A stretch of 64,000 nucleotides of DNA from Moniliella sp. 'wahieum' (taxonomy: Eukaryota): the NCBI GenBank assembly GCA_003971905.1, contig RSEE01000029.1, forward strand, positions 372,001 through 436,000, in the 5' to 3' direction. Shown here piece after piece: positions 38,065 to 51,439 of the stretch. The translations under genes were made by a program, and so were the position numbers. Every line of letters begins with the position of its first letter. Position 1 is the first letter of the stretch. The notes beneath the pieces are model-generated. The model was not told the origin of the DNA and made no database searches. It saw only the letters and a list, made by a program, of their open reading frames with translations.

Positions 38065-40757
38065 TTATTTCGGCCGTTTGATTGGGTTGGGCAACCACTG
38101 ACCATTGGGTGCGGGTGCAAAGCCATGGGCAGGTACCTCCTTCATGGTGAGAGTGTAGGAACCCTGGAGGTTTTGCGCTTCCACCCGGTTGCCCCACCAA
38201 AGGTGTTCACCATTAAACGCATTGTCGACCGCGAGGCGGCGCGTGGTGGGTACCTCGAGACACAATGAAATGAGGAAGGACATGATGGCCGAGCCACAGT
38301 CAAACCCGGCAGAGAGAATGTAGTTGTAGTCGCTCCAAAATTCAAAGTAGTGGTGGCGGAGGTAGTACTGGAAGAACCAGCGACCAGGAACCAGGAGGTA
38401 AAGTTGATGCCCGTCGCAGGAGGCATCATACCCGTCGCCGAGAAGAAGACGGGCCAGTTGATGAGGCGCACCCACGAGTTGGGGTACTTTTTGGCCAGAT
38501 ACCACGTCGGGATGGGAATCACAGCACCAATGATGAACATGATGTTTAGTGCACCGTACGTCTGGCCAATTGCAAACGTCTTAGCGGGCCCGATGAGCCC
38601 CCAGATAATGCTCGCTAAAGAGACAGAAAGCATCCAAGTGATCATAGAAGGTCAGATAATTAAGGAAGAGAAAGCACGGTAGAAGGAAACGTACCAGAGT
38701 AGAAGGTGTGTTGATACTGGCACGTAAAGTGAGCCGGGCTGATCTTTTCGGCGGGATTGACACCACAGAGGTTGTGGGTCGATCCAAAGAGGAAGGCAGT
38801 GACACCAACTTGCACCAGGCAGGCCCAGATGGTGGAAATCATCTGAGCCCAGAACAGTCGCGGGGGGGATCTTCATATAGTGACCCAGCTTTAGGTCCGA
38901 TACAAAGGTAACAGCTTGGGCCATGGAAATGTAGCCAAACGTCTTGAAATCATCATGGCCACCGGCTTGCCCGGAATGGCGTAACCAACAATCATCTCGC
39001 TAATCACGTTGAGACCCGGCTCGTTGGCAGTCACAGCAACGATGATACCGATCGGGATGGTGTAGAGAGCGCTCATGAGGATGGCAATGATGAACAGCCA
39101 AATGGGCAACTGGGTCTTGTAGCAGTAAATTGCAGGGACAGCCATCGCAAAGGAGGCCAAGAAGGTCACCAAGTACCACAGTAAGGAACTTCCTTGTACC
39201 CGACATGAGACGAGCGTGAATGTCAGGTCCTCATGAAGAGACCTTTGATGCTGACAATCTGAGGCGCGTAGTAGAAGGCGACATGCGTCAGCGTCGATGT
39301 GATGGCCCCAAACCCAACGCAGTAGCTAATGATGAATGTCTGCCCTCACACCGTGTCAGTATACTGAAATCAAATCTAGGCAAGCAACAAGAAGGGGACA
39401 TACGGCACTGAGGTACTCCTTGGAATAAGTCTCGTAGGCAGCTTCGTTCAGCACATAATCTTTCGTCACCACATGGCTCACCGAGTAGGGCTTGCCAAAA
39501 CGGTCAAAGATGCCCGAGTCGGAGAAAGTGAGGTAACCCGTGTACTTGGTATTGGTGGCCCACATGATGGGCGCCACAAACGCAATGATGACAAAGTAAC
39601 CCACCATCGTATTGGCAATGGCAAACCAAGGGACAAAGATGGGCGAACCAAGTCCACTCGTAACCTGCAGCCAATCGAGAGTGATCAGGTTGAAACCAAT
39701 GCCGCCCGACCCACCAAAGACAAGGTTGACACCTTTGTTCTTGGGAGCTGCCCAGGCGGGCCAAAAGACAGAGAGACCCGTAAAGAGATACGACGGAACC
39801 ACTTCCCACAAAAACATGAGGAACGACGCCACGGAAAACATCTTGAATCGAGACCAGCCACGGAAACAGCCGACCTTCTTGTTATCGTGCATCGATGTGA
39901 GGAACGCTGTGCTGGTCAAATTGCTTGGCCAAATCATCGAGGCAGGCCATACCAGCACCTGGCGACAGAAGCCAGCATAAGAAAATCCAATGAGCTGGGT
40001 CGAGAGAGTAAGAAGAATCATGTACCCGCAGTGATGTGCTGACCGTAGTACGCGTGCTGCGTGATGAGATGTCTGTGGAGTATGCCGAGCCTACGCCAAC
40101 CGTGGCCATCACAGTGATCAGCGTGTGTTCCTTGATGTTAAACGGACCGGGGTTGACCCAGTCGGCCAAGGGCCAATGGCGGGGGTAGGGAATCTTGGAC
40201 ATGGCCACACCAATGGGGTAGGCAAACAGTTGCACTGCAATAGATGGGAATCGAACCATAGGCCACTATTATCACAGAGCGAAAAGAAACAATGAGTAAG
40301 TTAGCCCGAGACGTCCCCTCTTCTGCGAGCACAAACAACATCACGGAGAACAAATGCAACGTACCTGAGCAGAGAAGTACATGTTGATACCACTGAGCAC
40401 TGTGCAGGAAACCATGCCCATGAGCCAGGTGCGCAACGTGTTGGCCCTCATGGTTGGGTCGTCAATGTTGCTGACGGCGGCACGCACTTCGGGGTAGATG
40501 GAATCGTCCCCGATCACATCCTCAAGACGCAGCTCTGCCTTCTGGTCGCCCTTGCGAAGCGCACGATCTGCTTCTTGCAGAAGTTCGGGGTCAAGGTTAG
40601 GATCGTTGATGCGGCCATTGGTGATCTCATGACGAATGTCGTTCTCAATGCCACCGAAATAGGACGCTTCGTGGTCGAGTGTAGGCGGTTTGGGGGTTCT
40701 CAGCGTTCTCAACCGGCTCCTTGGTCACTACCTCCTTCCGGTAGGGCTGATGTCCAT
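38065..40757 (-). CDS. OPT-family oligopeptide/glutathione transporter
   Basis: [66 protein letters not shown]. Introns 40266-40364, ~39341-39402 and ~38637-38694. Frameshifts. Confidence 0.93.
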
Positions 40758-43230
40758 GGTGGTGGGGGTGGGGGAAGGATGGGGGGAAACAACGGGGGTG
40801 GAACGCAGACGAACAGCTATTATAACTAAAGGTCAAGATGGTGCAAAAAGGCAAAGTGACCCTTGTGAAACATTGACCTTAGTGTCGGCCAGTGCGTTAA
40901 TCGATGATCGAGATGATCGAGAGGCGATAATCACACCTAGATAAACCCGGTCTCCACACGCGACGAGGCATGGGGGCACTGTGCGGTGGCCACAAACGAG
41001 AACATGTGGGGGAATCAAAAACAGCTCTGGTGAGATTGAGATGCCTGAGTACCTGAGTGAGGCTCCGGCCCCTCTGAGGCCTCAGTCTGGGCTGGGCTCG
41101 CCATAGACCCGCTCTCATTCTCTTGGCATGATGAGGCCCGGAGCGGGAGGCAGCAGGAAATTTTGTTCGACGTGCTGTGAGTGATCATGGAGAGATGCGG
41201 ATGGCATGTGCTCGTCGCACTCGTCAAATGAAAGTGCGCCTTGGCAAACTTGGTGGGAGACCATATGGCGAGGTGATCTTGCAAGATGCAAGATGAAAGA
41301 TGCAAGCGTCAAGCTGCAAGCGGCTTCATGCACTTCATGAGCCTTACGCGCCTCCAGATGTTATCGACTATCGTAAGTCCGTGTGCTACACGTGGCTGGA
41401 CTTCAATGTCTTTTGGGCTTTTTCCAGAGTCTAGCTGTTCAACGGAAGGGCGATCTTGCCCTGTCTTGTTGCCACCTCTGTACTTTCTGTGCGGAGATCC
41501 AGGCTCTCTGTCGTGGTGACAAATTATGTGCCGGAAGCACACTGAAGGACTGCGAGCACTGATGCACTGATTGGTTCCTGTGTGTTTCCTCTGTGATAGT
41601 CAGGTGGCGCCGCGTTAGTGTAACTCACAGACCCTTACAATCGCTCATACATCATACCCACATTATCGATTATCACTAGCACTAGTCACTGTTAGTCACT
41701 CTCGATCTCGATTATTAAGTTGCGAATATGCTCTTCTAGGCAACAGACAGTGGAGAAAGACGGCTCCACGCTCCACCCACACAAGCAACAACCGCATGTC
41801 AGGAAATGTACAGGATGCATACGCCTGCAGGGCAACGCCATTGAATTCTCTTTTTCTCTCCCGCACTATCCATTTCACAGCGGACATATTCGAAGTGATT
41901 AGAGGCCTTAGGCCCCTTGTTTGGCGGGTGTGAGAGACTTGAAGCTTGACATGTGACAGATGTGCTGCACGTGTGTGGTCCTATTTTTTGCTTTCTGTGC
42001 TGCACCATTTCCGCGCCTATATATACTTTGTATGTAACTCCCACCTTTTACCTCAATTGAGGCCTCAGGCCTCAGGCCTACATCTGAGAGGGGGCGGATT
42101 GACCATGATCCGTCGGGGCTGTGGGAGAGAGTGTAGAACACCAAGTCGCCCACTTGTATATTTGACCACCGCCTTCAACATTGGATACACATCGCCTCAT
42201 TCGTCATTAGAACTGTGTGGGTCTTATACGTGGACCCGACCCCGAGTTCTGGGTTTCTCCAGATGTGAACGTGTGAACAAGAAAAAGAAGACATACTTTT
42301 TCGGGTAGCAACAATTCCACCAGGTGACCATCTGCAGGGTGTGGGACTCTCCCTCTCTTCCTTATCTCCACACTGATAATAGAGCACAGCGGCCGGGGCT
42401 GCGGACCCGACGGTTTCTTATTGTGGATTTGGGCAGAGGTTTGATGGTGCCGGACGAGGACGACATTTTACCATGTATTGTGGGAAATGAGATGGACGTC
42501 TCGCCACGCGCGTGAGTTTTCTGTGAGAAGCTGGGTGGGGACCTGCCGAGCCTTACCCTCAACTTACGGAACGGACGTGCGTCGATCGAGACTGTGATTG
42601 GACTGGAGAAAAAGGTCAACTTTCAACGTTCAACGCGTTCAAGTTCAACACGTTCAACGTCCAACCGATTATCTTGTCACTATCACTATATTGTGGATTC
42701 AGAAGCCCCGCACAAAAGCCGATGGTCGATGGGGGACGGTGGTATTTGAGAAAGCACGGTACACGTTGTTACTTGCAGCGAGATGTTCGAAGGCGCCAGC
42801 TGGAACTACTTTATCTCGAAAAACAACACCCCGGTGGGCGGGAAAGTTTTATAGTACAAGGAGACCACCGTCGGGCCTACGGCCCGGTCAGCTGCTGGGG
42901 CTTCTCGCCCCAGCTTGTGCTGGACGACCGTCGCCACAGTAGCCACCGTTCTACCGGTCTACCGTTCCACCTGGAGAGGGTACCATATCACCAATTTGAT
43001 CTGCTGGCGATTCCCCTGATTCCTTAAGTGGGGTTGGCGCTACCAACTAGTGAGCGCACGCAGGATGAACGGGTCGGTTTAGGCGCAGCGTTTCGTGTTC
43101 CCAGCCTTAGGCTCTGTCAATGATACGGTTGCAGTATAGTAGGTATGGCGTTGGCAATGGACGTCTTGTGGCAAGAGTGGTGGAGCGGAGAACCAGTGGA
43201 TGCTGCTGGTTCATATCGATGGAGTTGTGG

Positions 43231-43407
43231 TGTCACCGAATGACTAAGCTCGCTCCAATTTCCAATTCTGCATCCTGTGTCTCTCGCTCTTCCCTTCCCT
43301 TTTGCTTCTGTTCTCTGCCTGATGCCTTCTGTTTCCCCCACGAACGATCTTGCCTTTCCCCCCCCTGACAGGACCTTGGTCTCCCTCGTTTAGCCCCGAC
43401 TGTTACA
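43231..43407 (+). mobile_element. Dispersed repeat copy C, diverged solo-LTR-like, ending in TGTTACA
   Basis: Shares ctcgctcc.atttccaatt, ccccacgaacgat and ggtctcc.tcg..ttagccccgactgt.aca with copies A and B, in the same order. Confidence 0.65.
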
Positions 43408-43964
43408 TGTGGCTGATGCTTGGATTTTGCTTGCTGCTTTGCTATAGCGTCGGATGGGCCATTGGTCTGTTCCTTGCGAATTTCAGTGCTGCATGATGCA
43501 TGATACATGACGCGTGACGGCGGCTGGCCTGGGGCCTGAGGCTGAGTATACTGGGGCTGGAGTGGCGGGCTGCGGACTCCCGCAGTCACTTTCGCAGTGC
43601 CCCCCGCGGGAGGCACGGGGGCAGCCACACGCTGTCGGGATGCCGATCAGCGCCCTGCTGCCGCTGGTGCCAGGCTCGCCAGGGTCCACCTCTGCCGGGG
43701 GCGCGCGCGGATCACAGCGGCCGAGTGCCTGGGATAGGCCGCCGATCTGCTGACATAACCACCCGCCCCACCGGCCACGCGCCCCGAGGCGCGGCGGCGG
43801 CTTGGACGCCTGGGCACCCTTAGGGTTACCCAGCAGCCCTTCGCCTCAGATCAGCTGTCGCCGCCAGCATCCACCCAACCTCACCCCATCCATCCTCTCC
43901 ATCGCCGCCGCTGGCTCGGCCCCCTCCATCCCCACCCTCCCACATCTCCTCACGCCCGCGCGCA

Positions 43965-45957
43965 ATGCCTGCTGCCAACCAGACGCCGTCCTCTCCGCCG
44001 GCTGGTCCAACTACCGCCTCAACCACCAGCCCAAGCCCCGCCCCAGCCGCCCGTCTGGGGCAAGCGTGCACGTAGGTTCCCCTCGCCCTGTCCTGTGCCC
44101 GTCTTCTCCAGCTGCATCCTGACCACGTCTCACGCAGTCAACCAGACCCAGTGCCTCCTTGCCGAGGGCTACCTCGCCCCCGCCGCCGGCGCTCTCGTTG
44201 ATACCTCTGTCAAGACCACCATTTCTTGGGACACTACCTGCTTCAAGAACAGCGGCGGCACGCTGACATGTACCTGTATGCCCTCAACAAGTCGTCCCTC
44301 CTTCTCCCTATCCATGGATGGCGCTCCATCCCCCCGACAAGGGCTCTACCTCGGTTAAGCTCGCTCCCTCGTGGTGGATTGATGACCCGCATACCTCCCA
44401 GAACCAGAGCTTGTACATCAACATTGTCACCTCGGGCAACCAGCCGTGGGACACGGCCACCCAACCGGCCCCACCTGGACCGCGATGTACGTCGCCCTAG
44501 CAAGGTCACAACCCCCCAAGGACGCCTTATCTGATCCGTCGATGAGCGACAAGGTCATCTCCGTCTTCTACGCCTCGGGCGGCTTGACCGGTGCAGGCAA
44601 GACTGCGGCAATTGTGTGTCCGCTCATTGTGCTTGTCGTGGTTGTTTCTTTGGTCATCCGCAAACTCCACATTAATCGCAACAACAAGACGGCCGACTTT
44701 GCCGAGAAGGTGGCAAGCGCATGAGCCGTATCTCCATCGACTGGAACGCAGGTGGAGATGGTCGTCACGGTGCTGTTCCGGGTTCCCGCCCGGCTTCCTA
44801 CGTCTCGCAGTCTCGCCCGGCAGCACGTTTGGTCCAGGGATGCATGGCACTTCGTACTCGGTAGACTATGGGCTGCACAACCGTGCCGGCATCGGTGCGA
44901 GCAACGACATGGACTGGAACAATGCAGGTCAGCGCTCCTCCCAAATTTCCTTTGCTCCAGGCACGCGTGTCTCGGCATACGACCCTACCGTGCCCTCCCC
45001 CTTGGCTGGCGATCGGTCTCATCGTGCCTCCTCCTCGACGGGCGTCATTGGTTCCGGGTCCAACTTGAAACAATCGTGGTACCCCCCTGCCCCTGCTCGT
45101 CGTGGGATGGAAGACGACGACATGGAGGATCTAGACGACTTTGCCGTCATGTCGGCCGAAGAGAAAATGGGCGCTCGTCCGCTTCCTTCGCCGAGGCAAT
45201 TGAACTGGAAATCCCCGGAGGGAGTCATCCCCTGTCTGCTGCCCCTGGGCCGCATGACTCGGTCATCACTCCCTCCGAGGCGACCAACCCCTTTGATCTG
45301 GATCTGACCCCGGGCCAGTCTCCCATGCCGCCCCAACAGGAATTTGGTCTTGCCTACGCAGATACTTCCTTTTCCCACGATGCAGCGTACGATGATGGTG
45401 CTATGGTTTCCAACGGACCCATTGGCCATGCCTACACGCAATCGGAGGACCAACGCTACGGCCCCCAACCTGTTTACCTGCCAGAGGAGAGTACGACCGC
45501 AGAAACAGCGACCCACGTGATTGCCGAGCCCGAAGCGCAAGGCCAACACCCCCTTTTCGTCGCCGACGCGGCGGATGATCCTTGGTCGGCCGATATGGAT
45601 GCGCGGCCGGCTGGCCATCAGCCCAGGGCGAGCGAGGCATGGACGCCCGCTGATTTCCCCGCGGCCGAGCCAGTTGACCAAGACTTTGCCGCTTACCAAG
45701 CCGCTGCCGCCGCGGGGCTTACCGACGACCTGCCTGCCGGAGGACATGCGCGGTCCACGTCGGTGGCCCAGCGAGAAGTGGGGAACACCCATGCTCGTAC
45801 TGCCTCTGCAGGCCCGCGCACACTGGTAGGAGCTGCTCGGCCTCAGTCGGGCGTTTCGGGCCAATCGGTTGGAACGTCGTTGGTGTCGAATGAAGATCAA
45901 GTGGTAGGCTACACTGAGCCAGGTGGCTACCCCGATGCATATGATCACCACGCCTGA
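43965..45957 (+). CDS. Hypothetical single-pass membrane protein
   Basis: Intron 44072-44137. Cys/Trp-containing N-terminal region, then TM segment TAAIVCPLIVLVVVVSLVI followed by RK, then a long acidic disordered tail ending YDHHA*. Frameshifts. Confidence 0.65.
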
Positions 45958-46959
45958 TCGTCATCATGCATCATGGTCATGGCCATCTATCACACTCTTT
46001 TTCGGTTCACGCGTTCACGGTCCACCTTTTGGATTCCTTTCTTGACTTGGTCGTATCACTCTCTTTCTCGGATCCGCCCCCAACTTCCTTTTGACCCGCA
46101 CCTTTTAACCTATGCCCTGCGGGATGACGTCGTCTTCCCCAGACATGGGTCTCCAGCCCCGGAGGCTGTCAATATGATCCTACGTTCCCTTTGCCGCGAG
46201 GTTTCCCACCGCTTCTCCTTTCGTTTTTTTTCGCTTTGATTTTGGCTCCTACTTGTCTGCTTGGTTATTATCCTTGCCATCTTTTTACCATGCCTCTTGC
46301 TTGCGTCGTGAAGACCTCTCTTAGTTCAACGTCCATGCGTCGTATAATGAAACCCGAAGCTCAGGCTCCCCTGCTCTTATTGGAATGCAGCGCTCATACA
46401 TCACGTGGAGCGGATGGGGAGGAACATGATGATGGGGATGGGGATGGGGATGATGATGGGGATGATGATAGGGAGACACCAGCTAGACGCGTGCTGCACC
46501 AACCAAGCTGAGCCTGCCTGGCAGAATAACCCACTGGTACAGGTACTGATGATCGGTGATCGATGATCTCACCTCACACACTTTTGAAATGCGCAGTTCA
46601 GTTCACGCCGCCGATCATCGATCATTGATTAATTGATCAATTGAAAATTGAACTGTTGAGTGATGAGCTCATCTATCTGATGTGGAGCTAACGTCGCCCA
46701 AGCCTGGTCTGTGCACACGTGCTCTATAGAGCCCGCCCAGCCCGCCCAGCCCACCCGTTTTGGATGGGGATCAAGCTTCAAGTCGATCAAGATGGACAGC
46801 ACAGAACCAGATGTCGGCGCTTCAGCCGAGTCAACCCACCAGTACCACAACGCCCCGAAAAGGACATAACTAGACAGCCATTCGTTCATTTCACACATTC
46901 CATTCATAAGCGTCACGCCGAGAGAAGGAGGACTTTGACGAAGAGGTGCTTTGGGAAAG

Positions 46960-47746
46960 CTACTCCTCCTCGGACGCCTCGGCCGCTGCATCGATCGCGT
47001 CATTGTGAATAAGGCACTTCTGAGTGGCCTTGAACGCATCCAGGCAATCCTCGCCCTTGGGCTCGGTCTCGGACGTGGCGAAGCACGAGAAGGCCGTCTT
47101 GAAGCTCTCGGCGCACGGGCCACTGAGCTTAGGTGCCAACAAAGGGCTTTCCCAGTTGACTTCGCCTGCTTCGAAGGCCAACGGCGTCTCGTCTCCCGTA
47201 AGAATGTCGGCCACCTCGGCCACAAGCACAGTGACGTCCACGTCTTCCTCTCCCTCATCTGCATCTGACCAGAAAAGGGGTTAGCGGTGCGTCAAGAGAA
47301 AAAAAAGAGAGTGGCCAGGCTTACCTTCCGGGGTTACAGTAGCTGACTGGACGACGATAACTTGCTCAGGAATCAGGCCAAGTCGGGTGTGCCAAGCAGC
47401 GCGGGTAGGCTTGGTGAACGACGGAGGGGGCTCCTCAGTCTCAGGAGCCGGAGTCTCCTTGGGCTTGCCAATACGGTCGTGCCATGCCCCGCGCTTCTCC
47501 GGCACCGTACCGCCCTGTGCTTCGACCGCGTAGTGACCCAGACGTTCACCATAGCTCCCGCGACTTTCGAGGTACAGCTGATCGGGCCGAGAGGCGAGGT
47601 AGGCCACCCCCCAGGGTGGCCAGGGCGGTGGCGACGCGTCGGCCCATCACGGGGGCCGGGGCAGCAGGCGCAGCGGCACGTGTGGAGGCGAAGCGCACAC
47701 CGGCTGTGAGAGCAGACCGAGCAGAGGAAGAGGCACGAACGAACAT
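46960..47746 (-). CDS. MIA40: Mia40/CHCHD4-like twin CX9C protein lacking the CPC motif
   Basis: Presequence-like MFVRASSSARSALTAGVRFAST and a short hydrophobic anchor; intron 47265-47324; core GEVNWESPLLAPKLSGPCAESFKTAFSCFATSETEPKGEDCLDAFKATQKC. Confidence 0.82.
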
Positions 47747-49013
47747 CAGGACTAAGTGCAGGTGGAGGGCTTGGGGTTGGGGTGGTGGGTGGGTACCGAG
47801 TATCGGTCAGAACAGAGCGGGCCGGGGTTGTTATACGATAGTGAATTATCAGCTCAGTTCAATGGGGGCCGAGACGGCAGCACAGCGCCAGTGTCCGAAC
47901 CGGGTTATTAATCTGTTGCGCTCAGTACTTGGGATCCTGGAGTAAACTAGTAACCCACTTGCGGTGTGCCGGCTGGGCCCGTGATGTGCTGACTGGTTGG
48001 CAACATTGACAGCACTGGCGCTCAGCCGCTCAGCCTGAGCCTGACCAAGCTAATGAAGCCACGGGAGGTTTCGTAGAGACACTAGATGAGCTGGCGTATG
48101 GGTCTGGCTATATGGCCAAGCTATAAGGCCTGGCTATAGTGACTTCTACTATAGTACTGCAAGCAACTTTCCTATGCGCTTCTTTCAGCCTCTCTCTTCC
48201 GGTTTCTGGGCTGGACGGTCAACGTATAGTCAATGGGGGTCGAGCGGTAGCCTGCGGTAGCTTTTTACTGGGGGCACAAATGTCAATGTAGTATCAAATG
48301 AGGTATCTCTTTCGTTAGATCTCTGATACGAATAAGTCACCATATGGCCAACACGGACGTATAGTTATCCTAAGTGGCCCCTAGCACAGCGCTGGGGACT
48401 GGAACCATTTCTACCAGTAACCCTCGGTGCACAACACTTCCAACGCACCATATGCGGCTACTGGGGAGTTCGAGGAACCAATCAAGCGCGCACCATGCAA
48501 TAAGAACCCAGAGGTCTCAAGACTCTCCCACGGTGAGACCGGACATTGTTAAGCAGATCAATGCCAAGGCCCATGGCGTATGGCTGAGGATGGAGTTTCG
48601 TCTTTCTCTGTTGGCGTGCTCCCTTAGAGATGAAGGCACCTCGCCGTCGTCCACTGCGTGTATATAGGGCCTACCCTGTTCGAAGCGCCATGTCGCAAGC
48701 CCCACAGTTGAATGTTTGAACATTGCTTGGGGCAGCCGAAGCGTTTGAGAAGGGGCACGGGGGCGGTTACCAGCCCCGGCAATGCGTCTCGGTGGCGAAT
48801 TCCGCTGCCGCGGAGTGGCATTGGGTTGCACCGGGCGTCTCGGTGGCCTGGGCGGGGTGCTGAGATTGCCTCATCGGTGTGCCGCAGCTGATTTCAAAAG
48901 TATCCACCGGCCACCCCTCTATCTCTGGTGTGTGTGTGGTATGACGGGTGCCGACGGGACGGTGAAGCGCACAAGCGCAACCACCTTCCCCTGCCCTCTA
49001 GTTTTGCCCCATC

Positions 49014-51162
49014 ATGGCATCCGGGTCCGCAGCTGCACCCGCTCGGACCCAGGCCGGCGCGAGCGATCTCGATGCGTTCCGTGCCGAGTGGGCCGCCGAT
49101 ATCCGCCAGCAGCGCCATGCCTTCCAGCTCCACGACACGCCCTGGACGTCGGGGGAAGCACCGGCGGCAGATGCCCACGCTGCCGAGGACGGCTCCGCAT
49201 CTGACTCGGACGACGACTGGGCGTGGACGTGGACCGGAAGGACCGGGCTCGAGTCCAACGTCGCAGAGGAGGTGCTCGGCCTCTTTGGCCCCGAGTCGGT
49301 CCTGGGCACGTACGTCGACGCTGTTCTCGCTGAGCGAAGCGGCGATCTCGACACTGCCCTACGACTTTATCGCTCTGCTTTCCGTGCCGACGAGAGTGTG
49401 GACCGCACCTTTCGTCGTGCCGTCGTGGTAGCCAATGATCCTGCGGCTATGTTCCCCCTTCGCCCTCCTCACAATGGTATGCCCGACCCTCACCGCTTCT
49501 TGCGACGCCTGTCACGCAAAGTTCGCCGTGCTGCCCTACCCTCTTCGGTGGCACAGGAGGGAGGCATCCGCGCTTCAGCTCCTGTCCTTCCTCACGACGA
49601 TGCAATTTCTGCCCTTGCTCACGCAACGGATGGGATGAACCTTGATGCACCGCCCCCCGACCGGAGGCCAAGGCGACATCGTCCAAGCCGCCTGCAGATT
49701 CTCACCTTTCGCCCCCGCCTGCCATTCTTCCTTCGAATGAGCTTCCATCCAGTGATCTCACTTCCAAGTACAGAAAAGATATTGCGTTAGGGCCTCTGAG
49801 CGGGATAATGGACGAGGCTCGTGCGCTTCGGGCCCGTCTGGCTCGGGAAGCTGAGGTCGAGGCTGCACAGGGGACCACCCACCAGGCCATCGACCCAACT
49901 CGCTTGGGACCACCACTGGAGCCTGTCACAGCCACCGAAAAACTAGAGCGACTCGGAAACATGACCGCCATCCTGCCTGCAGAACGGGACGCTCCGTGCC
50001 CCCTTGCAACGCTTCCCGAGGAAGTAGTACTAGGGATCTTGACCCGCGTCCTTTCCCTTCCTCAATCCGCTGGCGTGAGACACCTTCCTTTCCAAGATCC
50101 GGCCGAGACGGATGTGGTAGAGGAAGGACTAGGCTCTCCCCCGCCGGCCCACGGAGCCAAGGGGAAACGGTCCGGCAGCAAATCCGAGAGCACTCGTCCC
50201 CTTCTCCAACCCCCCGCTGCTGCTCGCGAGCCCGAGACCGAGCAGCAAGGGTATGACGTGACGTCTCTCGAGACGTTTGCTCGGACTTGTTGGAAAGTAC
50301 GCCTTTTGTCTCTGGAACCACTTTTGTGGCGACAAGCGGTACGGCACGTGTATACTGGCCCCCAGGTAGCGCACATGGATCTGCCCGCACCCGATGCCAC
50401 TTTCCCCCCTTCCATTGAGAAGAAGGAGAAAGAGGCTCACTTGAAGGGGAAAGAGGCACGTGAGGCGGAACGTGAACGGGAGACGCTCATGCTTCGCGCC
50501 CAAGAGTGGGCAAGTATGCAAGTTCTGATTCGAACCACCTATGGACACAGTCCACGGCTTGCCTATGTGCACCAACCGCGTGTCCGCACGGGCGGGGTGT
50601 ACATTGCTTCGTGTCATTACCTACGGGATGGCCAGTCCGAGTCGTCGTCGTGGATTCGGGTGTTACAGCGGATCGAGTACTTTCGTTACTTGCGTTTTTA
50701 CCCTTCAGGCCTGGCCTTGTCTCTTCAAACTACCGATACGCCTCAGGAAAAGGTGCGCCAATTGCACCATCCGTGGATCATGCGGCAACGAGGCTCGGCG
50801 TGGGCAAATGGGCTCTCTATGCTTCGTTGAAGATGTATGATTTGATGCACCCTACTGGCGACGGCGCAGAGGGAGACGACGGACAGAGCGCGGTGCAGGA
50901 GGCTGAGAGGGAAGCTGAGTATGCCAAGTACCCGGGTCCCGTGGTGGCGGTAACGGATGTGCTGGACCCGACCATGCCCCACATGCGCTTTTTCCTTGTG
51001 CTCAGTTTACGACAGGCAACAGCACGCACCCAAGGCAAATGGAACCGGCTGGACATGGTGCGGTCTCAGTCGCTCAACTTGCGCTATGGCACGGTGGACG
51101 ACATTCCGGCCCGCCACCGCACGGCCTTTCTCTACTCGCCGGTCCGCAGTTTTTCCACGTAA
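49014..51162 (+). CDS. HRT3: F-box protein, Hrt3/FBXO9 family
   Basis: LDAFRAEWAADI, ERSGDLDTALRLYRSAFR.D..VD, F-box PLATLPEEVVLGIL, PRVRTGGVYIASCHYLR.G, IEYFRYLRFYPSG. Frameshifts. Confidence 0.88.
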
Positions 51163-51439
51163 CTCATCCTGTGTTTTTTTCGTTCAATCCCTCTTCCTTC
51201 AGAGGACTTCTTGTGATCCGGAAGGGCTACGCAGTTCAGGCTGAACCACCCCAGGTAGAACCGACCCGAGGAGAGGCAGCAGTAGGCGCCGAGAACGGGT
51301 GGCATCACGTGATGATCGATGATCGATGAGGCTCATCCCTGAGGTTACATACGCACCCCTGGGGTCCGTGCTGATACAGTCGCTCGTCCAGAGTCGCTCG
51401 CAGTCGCTCGCTCGCTCTACCACGTAGTTGCTCACCACC

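Noticed and set aside
48520..48580. TVRPDIVKQIN resembling the copia TRPDI motif
   Set aside because: A single short motif with no supporting RT or RNase H motifs nearby.
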